The position numbers and the translations under genes are program-made. Source: a virus (taxonomy: Duplodnaviria; Heunggongvirae; Uroviricota; Caudoviricetes). Taken from it: DNA of 64,000 bases. The notes beneath the pieces were generated by a model. The model saw only the letters and a list, made by a program, of their open reading frames with translations, was not told where the DNA came from and ran no database searches. Positions within the stretch are counted from its first letter, which is position 1; every line of letters starts with the position of its first letter. Below, in pieces: positions 31,478-41,606 of this stretch. The DNA is taken from IMG/VR virus record IMGVR_UViG_3300042895_002216; one strand, 5' to 3'.

Positions 31478-32233
31478 ATGAGTGAGAAAATAAAGAGAGT
31501 AGAGTTAAACGGATTTAGGTATTACGAAGTATCTGACTCATCTGGGATAATTGGCACATTCCCAAGCGTCACTTCAGTTCTTGGAGAAACCTCCGATAAG
31601 ACAGGTCTTGATGCTTGGCGAAACCGGGTAGGACATGAGGCAGCTGATCGAATAGGTCGAGATGCCGCCAATCGCGGAACGGTCATGCACAGGTTGTGTG
31701 AACTCTATTTAAGTTTGCCCGCGTCTATGAAACCCAAGGATCGATTAGAAGAGTGTCTTTTGCTATCTAGGTTAGACGATGAAATTGACGAGTTTGACAG
31801 TAGAGCCAAAATTGTGGGTGGAATGTTATTCTACAACTTCGTTAAGTCAAACTCATTCGATGAAATAAAGAGAGTAATTGCACAAGAAAGATTTCTATGG
31901 ACTCCAAGAGACGGCGGTTATGCTGGCACAGTCGATAATGTTTCTGAGTTAATAACTAATGACGTTGCAATAGTTGATTTTAAAACAGCGCGTAAACCCA
32001 AGGAAGAGAAATGGATTGAGGATTACAAGCATCAGGTCGCTGCGTATTCAGTTGCCGTTTGGGATAGAATGCAGATCAAAGCTGTTACTTGCCGAATTTG
32101 GATCTCAAACGAAATGCACCTTCAACCCCAGTACTTTAGAATGGACCAGGTCGAAATGCGTGAGTACTATTATAAATTCAGAGAAAGATTAGCTGACTTT
32201 TATAAAAAGAATCCTCCTATTACAATTCAATAG
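31478..32233 (+). CDS. PD-(D/E)XK exonuclease
   Basis: PSVTSVL, RGTVMH and YAGTVD...IVDFKT motifs. Confidence 0.85.
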   Translation: MSEKIKRVELNGFRYYEVSDSSGIIGTFPSVTSVLGETSDKTGLDAWRNRVGHEAADRIGRDAANRGTVMHRLCELYLSLPASMKPKDRLEECLLLSRLDDEIDEFDSRAKIVGGMLFYNFVKSNSFDEIKRVIAQERFLWTPRDGGYAGTVDNVSELITNDVAIVDFKTARKPKEEKWIEDYKHQVAAYSVAVWDRMQIKAVTCRIWISNEMHLQPQYFRMDQVEMREYYYKFRERLADFYKKNPPITIQ

Positions 32234-34190
32234 GCTGACCTGATACTTTACGTAAAAGATCTAATCTAACTGGTGTAGGTCGAGTAGCTCCACCGAATGT
32301 ATTTAAGTAGATAAATGGCTGATTTGCTGTATTTCGGGTAGTGTAATCGCAACTAGCAAAGATTCCCCAATTATTCATGTGATTAGCGATATAGTAACGG
32401 TCTCCTGCTCTAGCTCTTAATTTATCTTCCTCAGTTACTGTTTCCAATTCGTATGCCATCAGTCCAAGACCAGCAAATGGTCTTTCGATAATATGGCCAG
32501 TTACAACGTTTATTAATTTAGCATCGTAACCAGTGCGGTTCAATAGGTCGTCAACTGAATCTACTGGACGAATTGATCTTCCTGCTCTACTGAATGCTAC
32601 ATAAACTGGGATACCAAAAGATGATCTAAACGCTTCTCTCTCTTGAGGACCTAGTACAATGAACTTAGCAAAGTCGCCGGTTCTAATCTTTTTCAATAAG
32701 TCAAGTTCCGGTAAGAGTCCACGTGCTTCAACTCGACGTTTAAGATCAGATCCGCTCTGTGGCATTTCCGCAAATACTCCAGGTCGAGTAGCTCGTTCTG
32801 CATTTTGAGTACGTTCAGCTTCTCTTCTAGTAATAGCAGCCTGTCTTTCAGTTTCTCGACGTCTTTCAATTTCCTCAGGATCAATGAATGATCTCATGTA
32901 CTCTTGTTCAACTGTTGATAAATTAACACGACTAAGATCCGGAATTGCTTCTGGGATTACTTTAATCCATTGTGATTTATCGGTAGTCGTTCTAGTATCT
33001 CCAGCATTTCCTGGCTCAAGGTTACCATTGTCAATCTGTATAGCATTAGAAATTGAGGCAGCGACATACGAACCATTTCTATCTAAAATAACTCGTCGAA
33101 TTGGTAGAGACGAATATGATGCATCGTATAAGTAGCTCTTAACTACGATAAAGTCTCCAACGTTCCATTCAGCATCAGGATCTGCTCCGTATTGTGTAAT
33201 TCGGTCAGCTAGTCTTTGACGAGTTGCTGCCTCTTCACGAGTTCTACGTTCAGCTGCTTCAACTCTTTCACGTTCTCTTTGTTCTTCTTCTCTTCGTTGA
33301 GCCTCAGTTCGTGCAGCCAAGATAGCCTGAACTCTTTCAGGTGTTAATCGATTATCCGTAACTAATGAATTAAGATAATCTCTATTTAATAGAACTAGTG
33401 ATTCATCGGGTAAAATTGCAAGTAATTCATCGTCCATATCAAAACGATCAGGCTTTGTTTTATCTCTACCAATTACTCTTTCAATAAATCTGTTAGCCAC
33501 ATCAATTTTTGCAGCGGTTGACATGGATTTATCCATTGCCATCCAGTTGCCTGCGCCGATAATTGCGTGAGCATCATCTTCTGATGGAGAGCCATCTGGG
33601 TTGGATTTGTAAGTCAACATTGATCCCCATGCTTTATCCTTCTCAGTAGTACCAGATGGATTAGACGAAATATAGTCTGCGTATTTTAATAGAGTTCGGT
33701 ACATTTTATAACCCAAACCAGCTCCTCTTAATCCGCTTGGAATACCTCCATTTGGAAAGTGGCTTCGTTGAAAATCCGAAGGTCCTTCAGTACGAAAGTG
33801 AATTGCATTATCGTCTCCTGGGTAAACGTCTCTCCATCTTCCGAATTCATTAGCGAATCGGCTAGCGTCAACATTTTTAAGTTCAGCCATTAAGTCAACG
33901 ATAGGTTGTGGAAATTTAGGGTAATAATCTCTGGAGTTTGAAGGTTTTTCCATTGTAATATCCAATCGTCGAACTCCCTTAAGGGCTCTAACTAGATCTA
34001 CTGAAATTTCCGCAAACGATCGGGTCTCTGGCCTGTTTGCTAATTGTTGATTTCTGTCAATTGTTGATTGTCTAACTCTACCCATGTGACTTTGAGCAAG
34101 TCTCTCTGGTCGTTTAACTCCCATTTCGCCAACCAGGCCGTCTTGATTAAAAGCGGACTCGTTAACTATGTCTCTTAAGGAATTTATCAT
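32220..34190 (-). CDS. Large late protein with GNAT-like motif and coiled coil
   Basis: LRGAGLGYKMY acetyl-CoA-binding-like motif; N-terminus MINSLRDIVNES; late promoter at 34214; minus strand (track label is wrong). Confidence 0.7.
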   Translation of the reverse strand: MINSLRDIVNESAFNQDGLVGEMGVKRPERLAQSHMGRVRQSTIDRNQQLANRPETRSFAEISVDLVRALKGVRRLDITMEKPSNSRDYYPKFPQPIVDLMAELKNVDASRFANEFGRWRDVYPGDDNAIHFRTEGPSDFQRSHFPNGGIPSGLRGAGLGYKMYRTLLKYADYISSNPSGTTEKDKAWGSMLTYKSNPDGSPSEDDAHAIIGAGNWMAMDKSMSTAAKIDVANRFIERVIGRDKTKPDRFDMDDELLAILPDESLVLLNRDYLNSLVTDNRLTPERVQAILAARTEAQRREEEQRERERVEAAERRTREEAATRQRLADRITQYGADPDAEWNVGDFIVVKSYLYDASYSSLPIRRVILDRNGSYVAASISNAIQIDNGNLEPGNAGDTRTTTDKSQWIKVIPEAIPDLSRVNLSTVEQEYMRSFIDPEEIERRRETERQAAITRREAERTQNAERATRPGVFAEMPQSGSDLKRRVEARGLLPELDLLKKIRTGDFAKFIVLGPQEREAFRSSFGIPVYVAFSRAGRSIRPVDSVDDLLNRTGYDAKLINVVTGHIIERPFAGLGLMAYELETVTEEDKLRARAGDRYYIANHMNNWGIFASCDYTTRNTANQPFIYLNTFGGATRPTPVRLDLLRKVSGQPIEL

Positions 34191-34272
34191 AATGTAATAA
34201 AAATTTCTTTGAGTTATTTATTCATGAATCCGGTGGTACTAATGTAGTAAAATAGATAAACAAAACGAAATT

Positions 34273-34983
34273 ATGCAAAAGATCACATTCCATAAGAAAT
34301 CCATTCAAGTCTCCTTCTGGGATGAAACGGCAGAAGACTGGCAAGACCGAGATATTTCCAAATCTGAATTACCTATTACTTGGTACTTACCGTACGAAGT
34401 ATTCGTTGAGGAAGGTGTAACCATTCGGGAGGTACTTACTCTATTAAAACCTTACGCTGAACAAATTAATTTTGTTTTTATTAATTATCTAAAAACAGTT
34501 TCATTTGAGGGTCTACTAGATTCATTATTTGGAGCGGACCGTGAAGACTCAATTGAAGAGGTTGGTTTAATTTGTATGTTGTGGGTCGGCCAAGTTAAGC
34601 CACTCGACGAGGAAGATGCTGAACTTGACGCGTATCCTACTCTGATGGCACTAGATGAATCTGGCGATGAAGGCTCTGATGAAGATGAATTCATCAGCAT
34701 CCACGAAATATCAATCACCCAGCTATTAGACAAGCCTCTGGTCATCGATGATCTTCTTGAGTACGTTGACGAATCTATGGAATCGCAGTTCGGTGGAATT
34801 ACGAGCTGGAGCCTTTTTGATTTTATCAGAACCCTAGCGAATGAGTTAACCACTTATTCATTTGTTACTGGCGTTTTTCCAAAATCTGACCTGGATAATT
34901 TACCTCCACTTAGTTCAACTGAACTATTCGAGCACATGGAAGACTTGGACGATTTTTTTAAAAATAAGAATATTCGAAGCTAA
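34273..34983 (+). CDS. Acidic hypothetical protein
   Basis: 236 aa ORF ending before a terminator. Confidence 0.7.
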   Translation: MQKITFHKKSIQVSFWDETAEDWQDRDISKSELPITWYLPYEVFVEEGVTIREVLTLLKPYAEQINFVFINYLKTVSFEGLLDSLFGADREDSIEEVGLICMLWVGQVKPLDEEDAELDAYPTLMALDESGDEGSDEDEFISIHEISITQLLDKPLVIDDLLEYVDESMESQFGGITSWSLFDFIRTLANELTTYSFVTGVFPKSDLDNLPPLSSTELFEHMEDLDDFFKNKNIRS

Positions 34984-35010
34984 TTCACGAAGTCTATTGG
35001 TAGAATACAG

Positions 35011-35037
35011 AAAGCCTGATATTAATCGGGCTTTTTT
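35011..35037 (+). terminator. Terminator
   Basis: AAAGCCTGAT atta ATCGGGCTTTTTT. Confidence 0.7.
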
Positions 35038-35067
35038 GGTATATTATATTTAACAAAAGACCTAATT

Positions 35068-36063
35068 ATGCGATCTACTAAAATAAAGACGTTTTATAAT
35101 CCAAAGCAGGTTTTACAAAACGATAAAACTTCAAATTACAGCAAGTCTCCATTAAAGCCTAAGCTTTTATTGGAATACCTTGAAATGCACGGACTAATTG
35201 ATAATTTTGAAATTACTTCAGAGTTTAATCCATATTCGAATGCTGATTTCAGAATTGCCCATGAAAAAAGTTACGTGAAAGACTTTTTCAAAGGAAGGGG
35301 TCGATACTGTTCTAATGGATTGTCTTGGTCACCTCAATTCGCTGAATCAATAAGATACACAAACTCTTCGTTGTACTCAGCGATCAGAAATTCAATCGTA
35401 AATCCAGATCAAGTAAGCTTCAGCCCAACCAGTGGATTTCACCATGCTCGCCCAAGCGGAGGCAGCGGTTTCTGTACGTTTAGTGGACAGGTAATTGCAT
35501 CACTTAAAATATACGAAGAGTTTGGATTAAGCGGAGCGTACTTTGATCTTGACGGTCATTTCGGAAATTCAATTGAGGACAGCCGAACTTTTTGCAAAGA
35601 CTTAAATAAGGCAGTTCCTAGAGATTTCAATATTAATCCAATAGGCCATGATGATCGATACTTAGAAGATTTGGCAATTTGGTTGGAACGAACAAAGGCG
35701 GCGATCCTTGCCGGTAAAATTGGCTATGTTGTTTGGTGTCACGGAGCGGATTCTCATGCAGATGACAACTTAGGAAGCCAATGCGAAACTGATTATTGGG
35801 TTGCTTGCTCTACTCTTTTTTGGAGATGGGTAAAAGAAATGGACGAATTATTGGGAAAACCTCTACCGGTTTCATGTGCTCTTTTTGGAGGTTATCGGGA
35901 TGACCATTACGACTCTGTTCTAAGTCTACACACAGCGGATTTCGTTGAATGCATTACTGAATTACTTGGATCCAAGGTTAAATATACTATAGAGGTACAG
36001 CCTCGCCAAAAATTCGGGTACAGTCATGGCAATCGATATAGCAAACGAGAGAGAATGGACTAG
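35068..36063 (+). CDS. Histone deacetylase/AcuC-family deacetylase
   Basis: GFHHA...SGFC, DLDGHFGN, GADSH.DD.LG and GGY motifs. Confidence 0.9.
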   Translation: MRSTKIKTFYNPKQVLQNDKTSNYSKSPLKPKLLLEYLEMHGLIDNFEITSEFNPYSNADFRIAHEKSYVKDFFKGRGRYCSNGLSWSPQFAESIRYTNSSLYSAIRNSIVNPDQVSFSPTSGFHHARPSGGSGFCTFSGQVIASLKIYEEFGLSGAYFDLDGHFGNSIEDSRTFCKDLNKAVPRDFNINPIGHDDRYLEDLAIWLERTKAAILAGKIGYVVWCHGADSHADDNLGSQCETDYWVACSTLFWRWVKEMDELLGKPLPVSCALFGGYRDDHYDSVLSLHTADFVECITELLGSKVKYTIEVQPRQKFGYSHGNRYSKRERMD

Positions 36064-36214
36064 AAAGTATAAAGATGTCGATAAAAAAGGAATCACATCC
36101 GCCTACTGGAATGAAGTCCTAGATATAATTAAGTACTTGGAAAGCAAGGAAGAATACGAAAAGTGCCAAGAGTTATGGGCGTATTACAAAGAGATTACTG
36201 GTCATATCAAATGA
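36026..36214 (+). CDS. Small helical protein (UVR-like)
   Basis: EEYEKCQEL motif. Confidence 0.55.
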   Translation: MAIDIANEREWTRKYKDVDKKGITSAYWNEVLDIIKYLESKEEYEKCQELWAYYKEITGHIK

Positions 36215-36256
36215 CTTCACACAACAATCGCCCCATTGGGGCGATTGCTTTTTAAA

Positions 36257-36565
36257 TTAAGAATTTAAAGGTTCAGGTGAAGTAGGTTCTTCTTTAGCCT
36301 TAACCTTTTTCCCATTAACTATGTTCTTAACTCCAAGTAGAGCTGCTCCAATTGTAGTGAACATTACTGATTGATTAATAATGTCAATAGACTTGTCTAT
36401 AAACATTTTGTCAATGCAACCTAGAAAAAAACAGATTCCTCCAATAAAAATGATGTAAAGTCCAGCGCTTGATGTTCCAGATGTTTTACCGCTGTCGTTT
36501 GATGTCATTTCACCGAATGAAAACTTCTTAATGTCTCCGAGATTTTGAATTTTCATATTAGCCAT
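36257..36565 (-). CDS. Two-TM holin-like protein
   Basis: Two TM segments with a basic C-terminus; start MANMKIQ. Confidence 0.5.
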   Translation of the reverse strand: MANMKIQNLGDIKKFSFGEMTSNDSGKTSGTSSAGLYIIFIGGICFFLGCIDKMFIDKSIDIINQSVMFTTIGAALLGVKNIVNGKKVKAKEEPTSPEPLNS

Positions 36566-36572
36566 GATTTTT

Positions 36573-37370
36573 TTAGTTGACGTAATCTTGAAGTGCCACT
36601 TCAAGTGTGTCTGTGTTCTCAAGTTCTGACGATTGCTCGTCATAGTATTCGTTATATCGTTTCTCTAAAATTGCAGAAGCTTCACCGTATCCTAAATTCT
36701 CTAGGATTCGGATAGCTAACCAGTCAGCTTCTCTCTCCTGTCTCTCGTCGTAAGCTGCCATTCCTCGGTCAGAGCCTCCGTGATTTAGTAGTGAATGCGA
36801 AATTTCATGTGCTTCGATTGCCAACAGATGGTCGTCTCCTAGATTCTGAGACTCAACTTCCTGTCCATCGACGAATATTGTTTTTGAAACCATATCAGCG
36901 AAAGCAATTCCTAAGCTATCAAATATTTTTGCAACTTTTGCATAGAGCTCATCGTCCGAGAAAAGAACAATGACTGTCCATTCGGGATCAATTTCGCTTT
37001 TCCAAACCGCATCCTCTGCGCTTTCAGATAAGTTATACTTCTTCATTTTTGAAGCACGTTGACCAGTTAAGTCTCTCCATAATTCTCTGACGTCTGGCTG
37101 GGCAAGTGTATCTGCCTGAACCATTGAGTAAAATTGATTATCTGAATTCTGCATCATTGCGAACCATTCTTCAAGGCTAGGTTTTTTAGACAGAGCCTCA
37201 ATTCGAGGTTTTAGTCTTCTAAACATTGGAAATAGCTCAGTTTCGTACTTATCTCCAGTTTGTGGATTACGTCCGAATTTTCTGTTAATATCAAGTTCCG
37301 TTAACTTCCTTAGGGGTCTTGGATTATGATTTTCATTTAACCAATCGCTATATGTTGATAAAAGTTTCAT
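36573..37370 (-). CDS. HExxH metallopeptidase with capsid-targeting-like N-terminus
   Basis: AHEISH...EREAD; MKLLSTYSDWLNEN; late promoter at 37378. Confidence 0.75.
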   Translation of the reverse strand: MKLLSTYSDWLNENHNPRPLRKLTELDINRKFGRNPQTGDKYETELFPMFRRLKPRIEALSKKPSLEEWFAMMQNSDNQFYSMVQADTLAQPDVRELWRDLTGQRASKMKKYNLSESAEDAVWKSEIDPEWTVIVLFSDDELYAKVAKIFDSLGIAFADMVSKTIFVDGQEVESQNLGDDHLLAIEAHEISHSLLNHGGSDRGMAAYDERQEREADWLAIRILENLGYGEASAILEKRYNEYYDEQSSELENTDTLEVALQDYVN

Positions 37371-37421
37371 TACAGGTTTATTTATCCCAAGCGCAGATAA
37401 ATAACAAGAAAATCATAAGTA

Positions 37422-37883
37422 ATGATTCATAAATATCAACAATGGCTTGATGAATCTGAGAAACTAGAGGCAGTTGATACGCCGGTAACACCAGACGCTC
37501 CAGTTGAAGCTCCAGCAGAAGTTCCAGCGGAACCGGTTGCAGAAGTTCCAGCTGAGACTCCAGTTGATGCCGGGATTCCAGCAGAGGCTCCGGTTGAAGA
37601 CGACACAGCCGAATCAGAAATTGAAAAGTATCAAGAACTAGACACAGCTAGAAGAGATGCAATTAAAGCCTTTAAAAAGAAACAAGAAGAATTTTTAGAA
37701 ATTCCTAATGAGATTCGTAAGAGTCCAGTCGAAGAGGCTGATAAAACAAAGGTCGAGACATTAAAGAGCGAATTAGTTGAACTTAATAAGACAATGAAAG
37801 ACTCTATTAAAGCTTGGGACAACTTTAATTCTGAAGCCTTAGGGTTAGCAGATGATGAGACCTCTGAAGAGTACGAACCTTAA
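37422..37883 (+). CDS. Putative internal virion protein with P/A/E repeats
   Basis: MIHKYQQWLDES; late promoter at 37397. Confidence 0.7.
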   Translation: MIHKYQQWLDESEKLEAVDTPVTPDAPVEAPAEVPAEPVAEVPAETPVDAGIPAEAPVEDDTAESEIEKYQELDTARRDAIKAFKKKQEEFLEIPNEIRKSPVEEADKTKVETLKSELVELNKTMKDSIKAWDNFNSEALGLADDETSEEYEP

Positions 37884-37903
37884 AAAATATCAACTCTGGT
37901 AAC

Positions 37904-38092
37904 ATGAAAAATTTAGTTAACAGTTTTACGAAATTCGTAAACGAGAGCTGGGATCCAAGTGATGCTTTCTCTGGTGAGACTTCAAACTGTTGCGGTGCTC
38001 CTATTATGATGGGCGATATTTGCTCTGATTGTAAAGAACATTGTGAAGCAGAAGAAGACGAAGAAGATTACGAAGACGATTATCAACACTAA
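37904..38092 (+). CDS. Small Zn-finger protein with capsid-targeting-like N-terminus
   Basis: MKNLVNSFTKFVNES; SNCCGA...ICSDCKEHC. Confidence 0.7.
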   Translation: MKNLVNSFTKFVNESWDPSDAFSGETSNCCGAPIMMGDICSDCKEHCEAEEDEEDYEDDYQH

Positions 38093-38253
38093 TAACGGAC
38101 TTAGGACCGTAAAGTTACGCAAGTAACACAAAATCCGAGAAAAGTGTCGCTACCGATCTCGGATTTTTTTATGTGATTAGAATATTATGGGAAAGGTTTG
38201 GGTGTGGCCAGTGTGATCTAGTGAGTGACTGTACTGGTTACAGTAACCAAATA

Positions 38254-38457
38254 TTAGCCGAATTTTGCAATGCTCTTGTACCGCTTCTTAATATCTTCGA
38301 TCTCGGCCATTGCTGCGTTAAACTTGCCCTTGATCTCATCGTTTACTGTGAAGTCTAATATAACTTGACAGTTCGGGCAAACCGATACAGGATGTTGCAT
38401 TATGAATTGTAGGTCGATACCTAATGGAGTTCTACATGCTGGACAAGGTAATGCCAT
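38254..38457 (-). CDS. Small Zn-ribbon protein
   Basis: CPAC...CPNC. Confidence 0.7.
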   Translation of the reverse strand: MALPCPACRTPLGIDLQFIMQHPVSVCPNCQVILDFTVNDEIKGKFNAAMAEIEDIKKRYKSIAKFG

Positions 38458-38458
38458 A

Positions 38459-39172
38459 TTAAGAGGTTTTGTCAGTATGACCTACATCATCTAATTTTTG
38501 AATTAACATCTCAACCAGTCTGGAAACGGCTTCAGGTTTTTCGTCCTTTTTGAATTTAACTTTCACGGTTGCCATGCCAGCTTTGCTATCAGAGTTTGGT
38601 GCATTACTGTCAACTGAAATATTGGTTACAGTATGCGTGTAGTCAGACGCAGTTGAGACTCCAAGCAGTTTGCAAGTCTCGTCGTCTGCTTCACCAGTCT
38701 GCGGAATCCTGTTTTTTAATTGGTAACGCATTAGGGCTTCTCTACATTTTGGGCCAATAACTCCGTCAACTCCATTCTTCTTGGCGCCGGTTTTCCCAAG
38801 TAGAGTCTTATATGGCTCTCCTAATTTAACTAGAGCCTCTTGAACTCCACGAATAGTTTGATCCTCAATCTTCTTAAAAATCGGTAAAATATTCTCTTTA
38901 AGACTGGATGGTGTCTTATCGTCTGATGCAAGTAATCTGATATCAAAGTCTATTTCCAGTTCTTCTAGTCCCATTGACGAATGGTCAGCTAAGATATAGA
39001 GAGGAATTTCCAAGGTCTTGTCTCCGAGCAAAAATGTTTTAGTCAGAGGTTCGCCTTCCGGTGTAAAGTACTTTGAAATAGTATTAATGTGTTGTCTTTC
39101 CTGAATACCGAGAACGATTAACGCTGCTTCTTGTAGACCGCCGAGTAATTCTTCTAGATTAATTTTAGCCAT
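38459..39172 (-). CDS. DUF2589-like protein with inserted peptidoglycan-binding domain
   Basis: LEELLGGLQEAA and IPLYILADHSSMGLEELEIDF motifs; insert VQEAL..LG...DGVIGPKCREALMRYQ. Confidence 0.6.
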   Translation of the reverse strand: MAKINLEELLGGLQEAALIVLGIQERQHINTISKYFTPEGEPLTKTFLLGDKTLEIPLYILADHSSMGLEELEIDFDIRLLASDDKTPSSLKENILPIFKKIEDQTIRGVQEALVKLGEPYKTLLGKTGAKKNGVDGVIGPKCREALMRYQLKNRIPQTGEADDETCKLLGVSTASDYTHTVTNISVDSNAPNSDSKAGMATVKVKFKKDEKPEAVSRLVEMLIQKLDDVGHTDKTS

Positions 39173-39279
39173 AGTTGTGCGATTTGTATTAATAATTATA
39201 CTACTCAAGCTGAATCGGTTTAAACAAAAAAGAGACCAGATAAACTGGTCTCCTTAGGGGTTTATTGTCCGATTACTGA

Positions 39280-39876
39280 TTACTTGTTTGGATCAGCCGT
39301 AAGAGGAATTAAAGTTGGCTCTAACATTTGAGTCAAATAGTCAGAAAGCTTTAACATACCTTCAGTTGCAGGTAATTGCTCAGCGTGTACTTTTACATTG
39401 TACTTTGCAGAGTTATCTGTGCTACGTGTGTTCTCTTTGTGAGTCGCAACTTTACCAGCCATGCTCACCGAGTACTTCATTCCCCAGAATCCGCCAGAAG
39501 CAGAAGCTTGAATTGAAGATTCAGTATCAGTGCTTGATTTGTCTACTTCAGAAGTTTTTACTTCCATTGAGAATTCAATATCAGCTGATGTGATAGCTAA
39601 TGAAGGAAGTGGAACTAAAGGTAACATAGGAACCTTTGAGTATAAAGTTTGAACTGTTTGTTCGCCGGTTGTACCGTCAGTAACAACTCGGTTCATTTCT
39701 ACATCCAAAGAACGAGCTTGAGTTTTGCCGTCTTTGTCTGTTACGAATGCAACTTCAGAAATATATTTCCACGTTACATCGTTTAATTTTGCTTGCCCTT
39801 TTGCCATACCTACAATCGGAGACACAATAAGGTCTTCAATTGGTAATCCAGCAAATTGTTGTGCGATGTCTGCCAT
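39280..39876 (-). CDS. DUF2589-like protein
   Basis: FAGLPIEDLI..P...AKGQAKL, VPMLPLVPLPSLAI and STDNSAKYNVKV motifs; late promoter at 39896. Confidence 0.7.
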   Translation of the reverse strand: MADIAQQFAGLPIEDLIVSPIVGMAKGQAKLNDVTWKYISEVAFVTDKDGKTQARSLDVEMNRVVTDGTTGEQTVQTLYSKVPMLPLVPLPSLAITSADIEFSMEVKTSEVDKSSTDTESSIQASASGGFWGMKYSVSMAGKVATHKENTRSTDNSAKYNVKVHAEQLPATEGMLKLSDYLTQMLEPTLIPLTADPNK

Positions 39877-39921
39877 TTGTAATCTGGTTTTTTTATTATT
39901 TATCCAAACACAGTTTCATTA

Positions 39922-40575
39922 TTACTTAACCTTGAACCTATATCCTGTCAATTTCTCTACATCAGCTGGTTTAACCTTCCATTTATCAAGACCCACCGGT
40001 TTGTCGGGTGTATTATTAAAAATATAAGCCTCAAACGTTTTTGTCCTCTTAATAAAAATAACTTTCCAACATTTAGTCGGCACTGACGTCGTTCCAATTT
40101 TCTTGGCTGCTCCGACTGAACCGCACCATACCATAACTGAATCGTATTGGCTAGCAAGTTCTCTGGTTCGGACCTCTAATCTTTTCCAGTCTCCAGCATT
40201 TAAGGAATGGTATTGAGGAGCCATGTTTGAAAAGTAGAAGCACTCTTCTTGTAGAACTGGGCTGCACTGGTTATCTGCAGCCGGGCACATGTGACCTCTA
40301 TCGGTTCCTGAACCTACATAATCTTCCATAAGATCAGTTTCAGCTGGAAGTAATGGATCTGGCGCGAATCTGTCCTTGCGTGCAACCTTTGAGCCTGGAC
40401 ATTCAAGACGGGCTTTTGTGTCCCACCATTCAACCTTAAGAGAATAGTGTAACTGCTTACTATAATAAGCAGTATAGCCTTTGTGTTCTAATTTAACAGT
40501 AGTTGGCTCTGGAACAAAGCCAGTAGCCGTAATTAATAAAATTAGTGATACTATGAATAATTTAACGGTTTTCAT
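39922..40575 (-). CDS. Secreted DNA/RNA non-specific endonuclease
   Basis: Signal peptide, DRGH motif and SNMAPQ...LNAG.W..LE. Confidence 0.92.
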   Translation of the reverse strand: MKTVKLFIVSLILLITATGFVPEPTTVKLEHKGYTAYYSKQLHYSLKVEWWDTKARLECPGSKVARKDRFAPDPLLPAETDLMEDYVGSGTDRGHMCPAADNQCSPVLQEECFYFSNMAPQYHSLNAGDWKRLEVRTRELASQYDSVMVWCGSVGAAKKIGTTSVPTKCWKVIFIKRTKTFEAYIFNNTPDKPVGLDKWKVKPADVEKLTGYRFKVK

Positions 40576-40580
40576 ATTCT

Positions 40581-41543
40581 TTATTTAAGGAAATTTTTAA
40601 TATTAGTCATTGTTTTTTTATTACTAATAATATCTTTATTTACTTTATCAACAATGTATTGAGTAGTAGCCGGTCTTGAATCTGACATGTCGCTTTTCTT
40701 TTCATCATCAATCTCTAATTGAACTCTTAAATACTTTTCTAATATTTGTTGACATTCGTAAACAACTGATTTAGAAGAGGCTTGCATCATAACTGTTGTT
40801 ATAGGTTGTGCCCAATTAGCTATACCCCAACTTTCAGTTTTAATACCTAACGATTCTGAATGATTTCCGGTGCCTAACGATAAGCATTCAATATCTTCTA
40901 TCTTAATACCCGGTCTTGTTTTAAGAACTTCAGCAACTGCTGCCATTGCTGGATTGTTAATGTAAACACCACCATCCACTAAGATCCGGTCTTTGCCATC
41001 AAACACCATTTCGTATGACGGTAAGTAGGTCGGCGCGGCTGACGTAGCCCGACAAACATCTTTTAATCTAACATCAAATCGTTCTTTAGACCATTTAGCA
41101 GTTCTAGTTTTAAACATAATAACTTCATTGTTCTTTAGGTCATACGAACTAACGATGATAGGCTTTAGTGATTGCGATATCATCATATCACCAAAATAAT
41201 TTTCCAATAAACCGTCTAAACCTTTTGGAGAGAATTTAGGATTAAATACTGAATTAACTCCTCTAATTACTTTAGCTAATATATTTTTACTATAAGGGAA
41301 AATAACATTACCTTTAGTTGTGTAAAGTTCTATTAGCTGGTCGATTGTTAAATAAGGATTAACTCCGTCTTTCGTACAAGTTAATCCGCATGCAATAATA
41401 CCGCCAGTTGAGGTACCTACTATGACATCAAATAATTCGTGTATTTTTTTACCTTGCTGATTTTCAATTTCTTTAAGGATAAGTAATGGAACGATTCCTC
41501 TTAATCCACCACCGTCTATTGATAATATTCTAACTTTACTCAT
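40581..41543 (-). CDS. Patatin-like phospholipase
   Basis: DGGGLRG, GTSTG, SAAPTY and DGG motifs; late promoter at 41575. Confidence 0.93.
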   Translation of the reverse strand: MSKVRILSIDGGGLRGIVPLLILKEIENQQGKKIHELFDVIVGTSTGGIIACGLTCTKDGVNPYLTIDQLIELYTTKGNVIFPYSKNILAKVIRGVNSVFNPKFSPKGLDGLLENYFGDMMISQSLKPIIVSSYDLKNNEVIMFKTRTAKWSKERFDVRLKDVCRATSAAPTYLPSYEMVFDGKDRILVDGGVYINNPAMAAVAEVLKTRPGIKIEDIECLSLGTGNHSESLGIKTESWGIANWAQPITTVMMQASSKSVVYECQQILEKYLRVQLEIDDEKKSDMSDSRPATTQYIVDKVNKDIISNKKTMTNIKNFLK

Positions 41544-41548
41544 ACGTG

Positions 41549-41606
41549 TATTTTTATTTTTATTTTTTACTAGGTTATTTATCCGGATTTTAAGTATAAT
41601 AACTAT
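41549..41606. promoter_or_regulatory. Back-to-back late (-) / middle (+) promoter cassette, copy 1
   Basis: tactaggTTATTTATccggattttAAGTATAATaactata. Confidence 0.7.
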
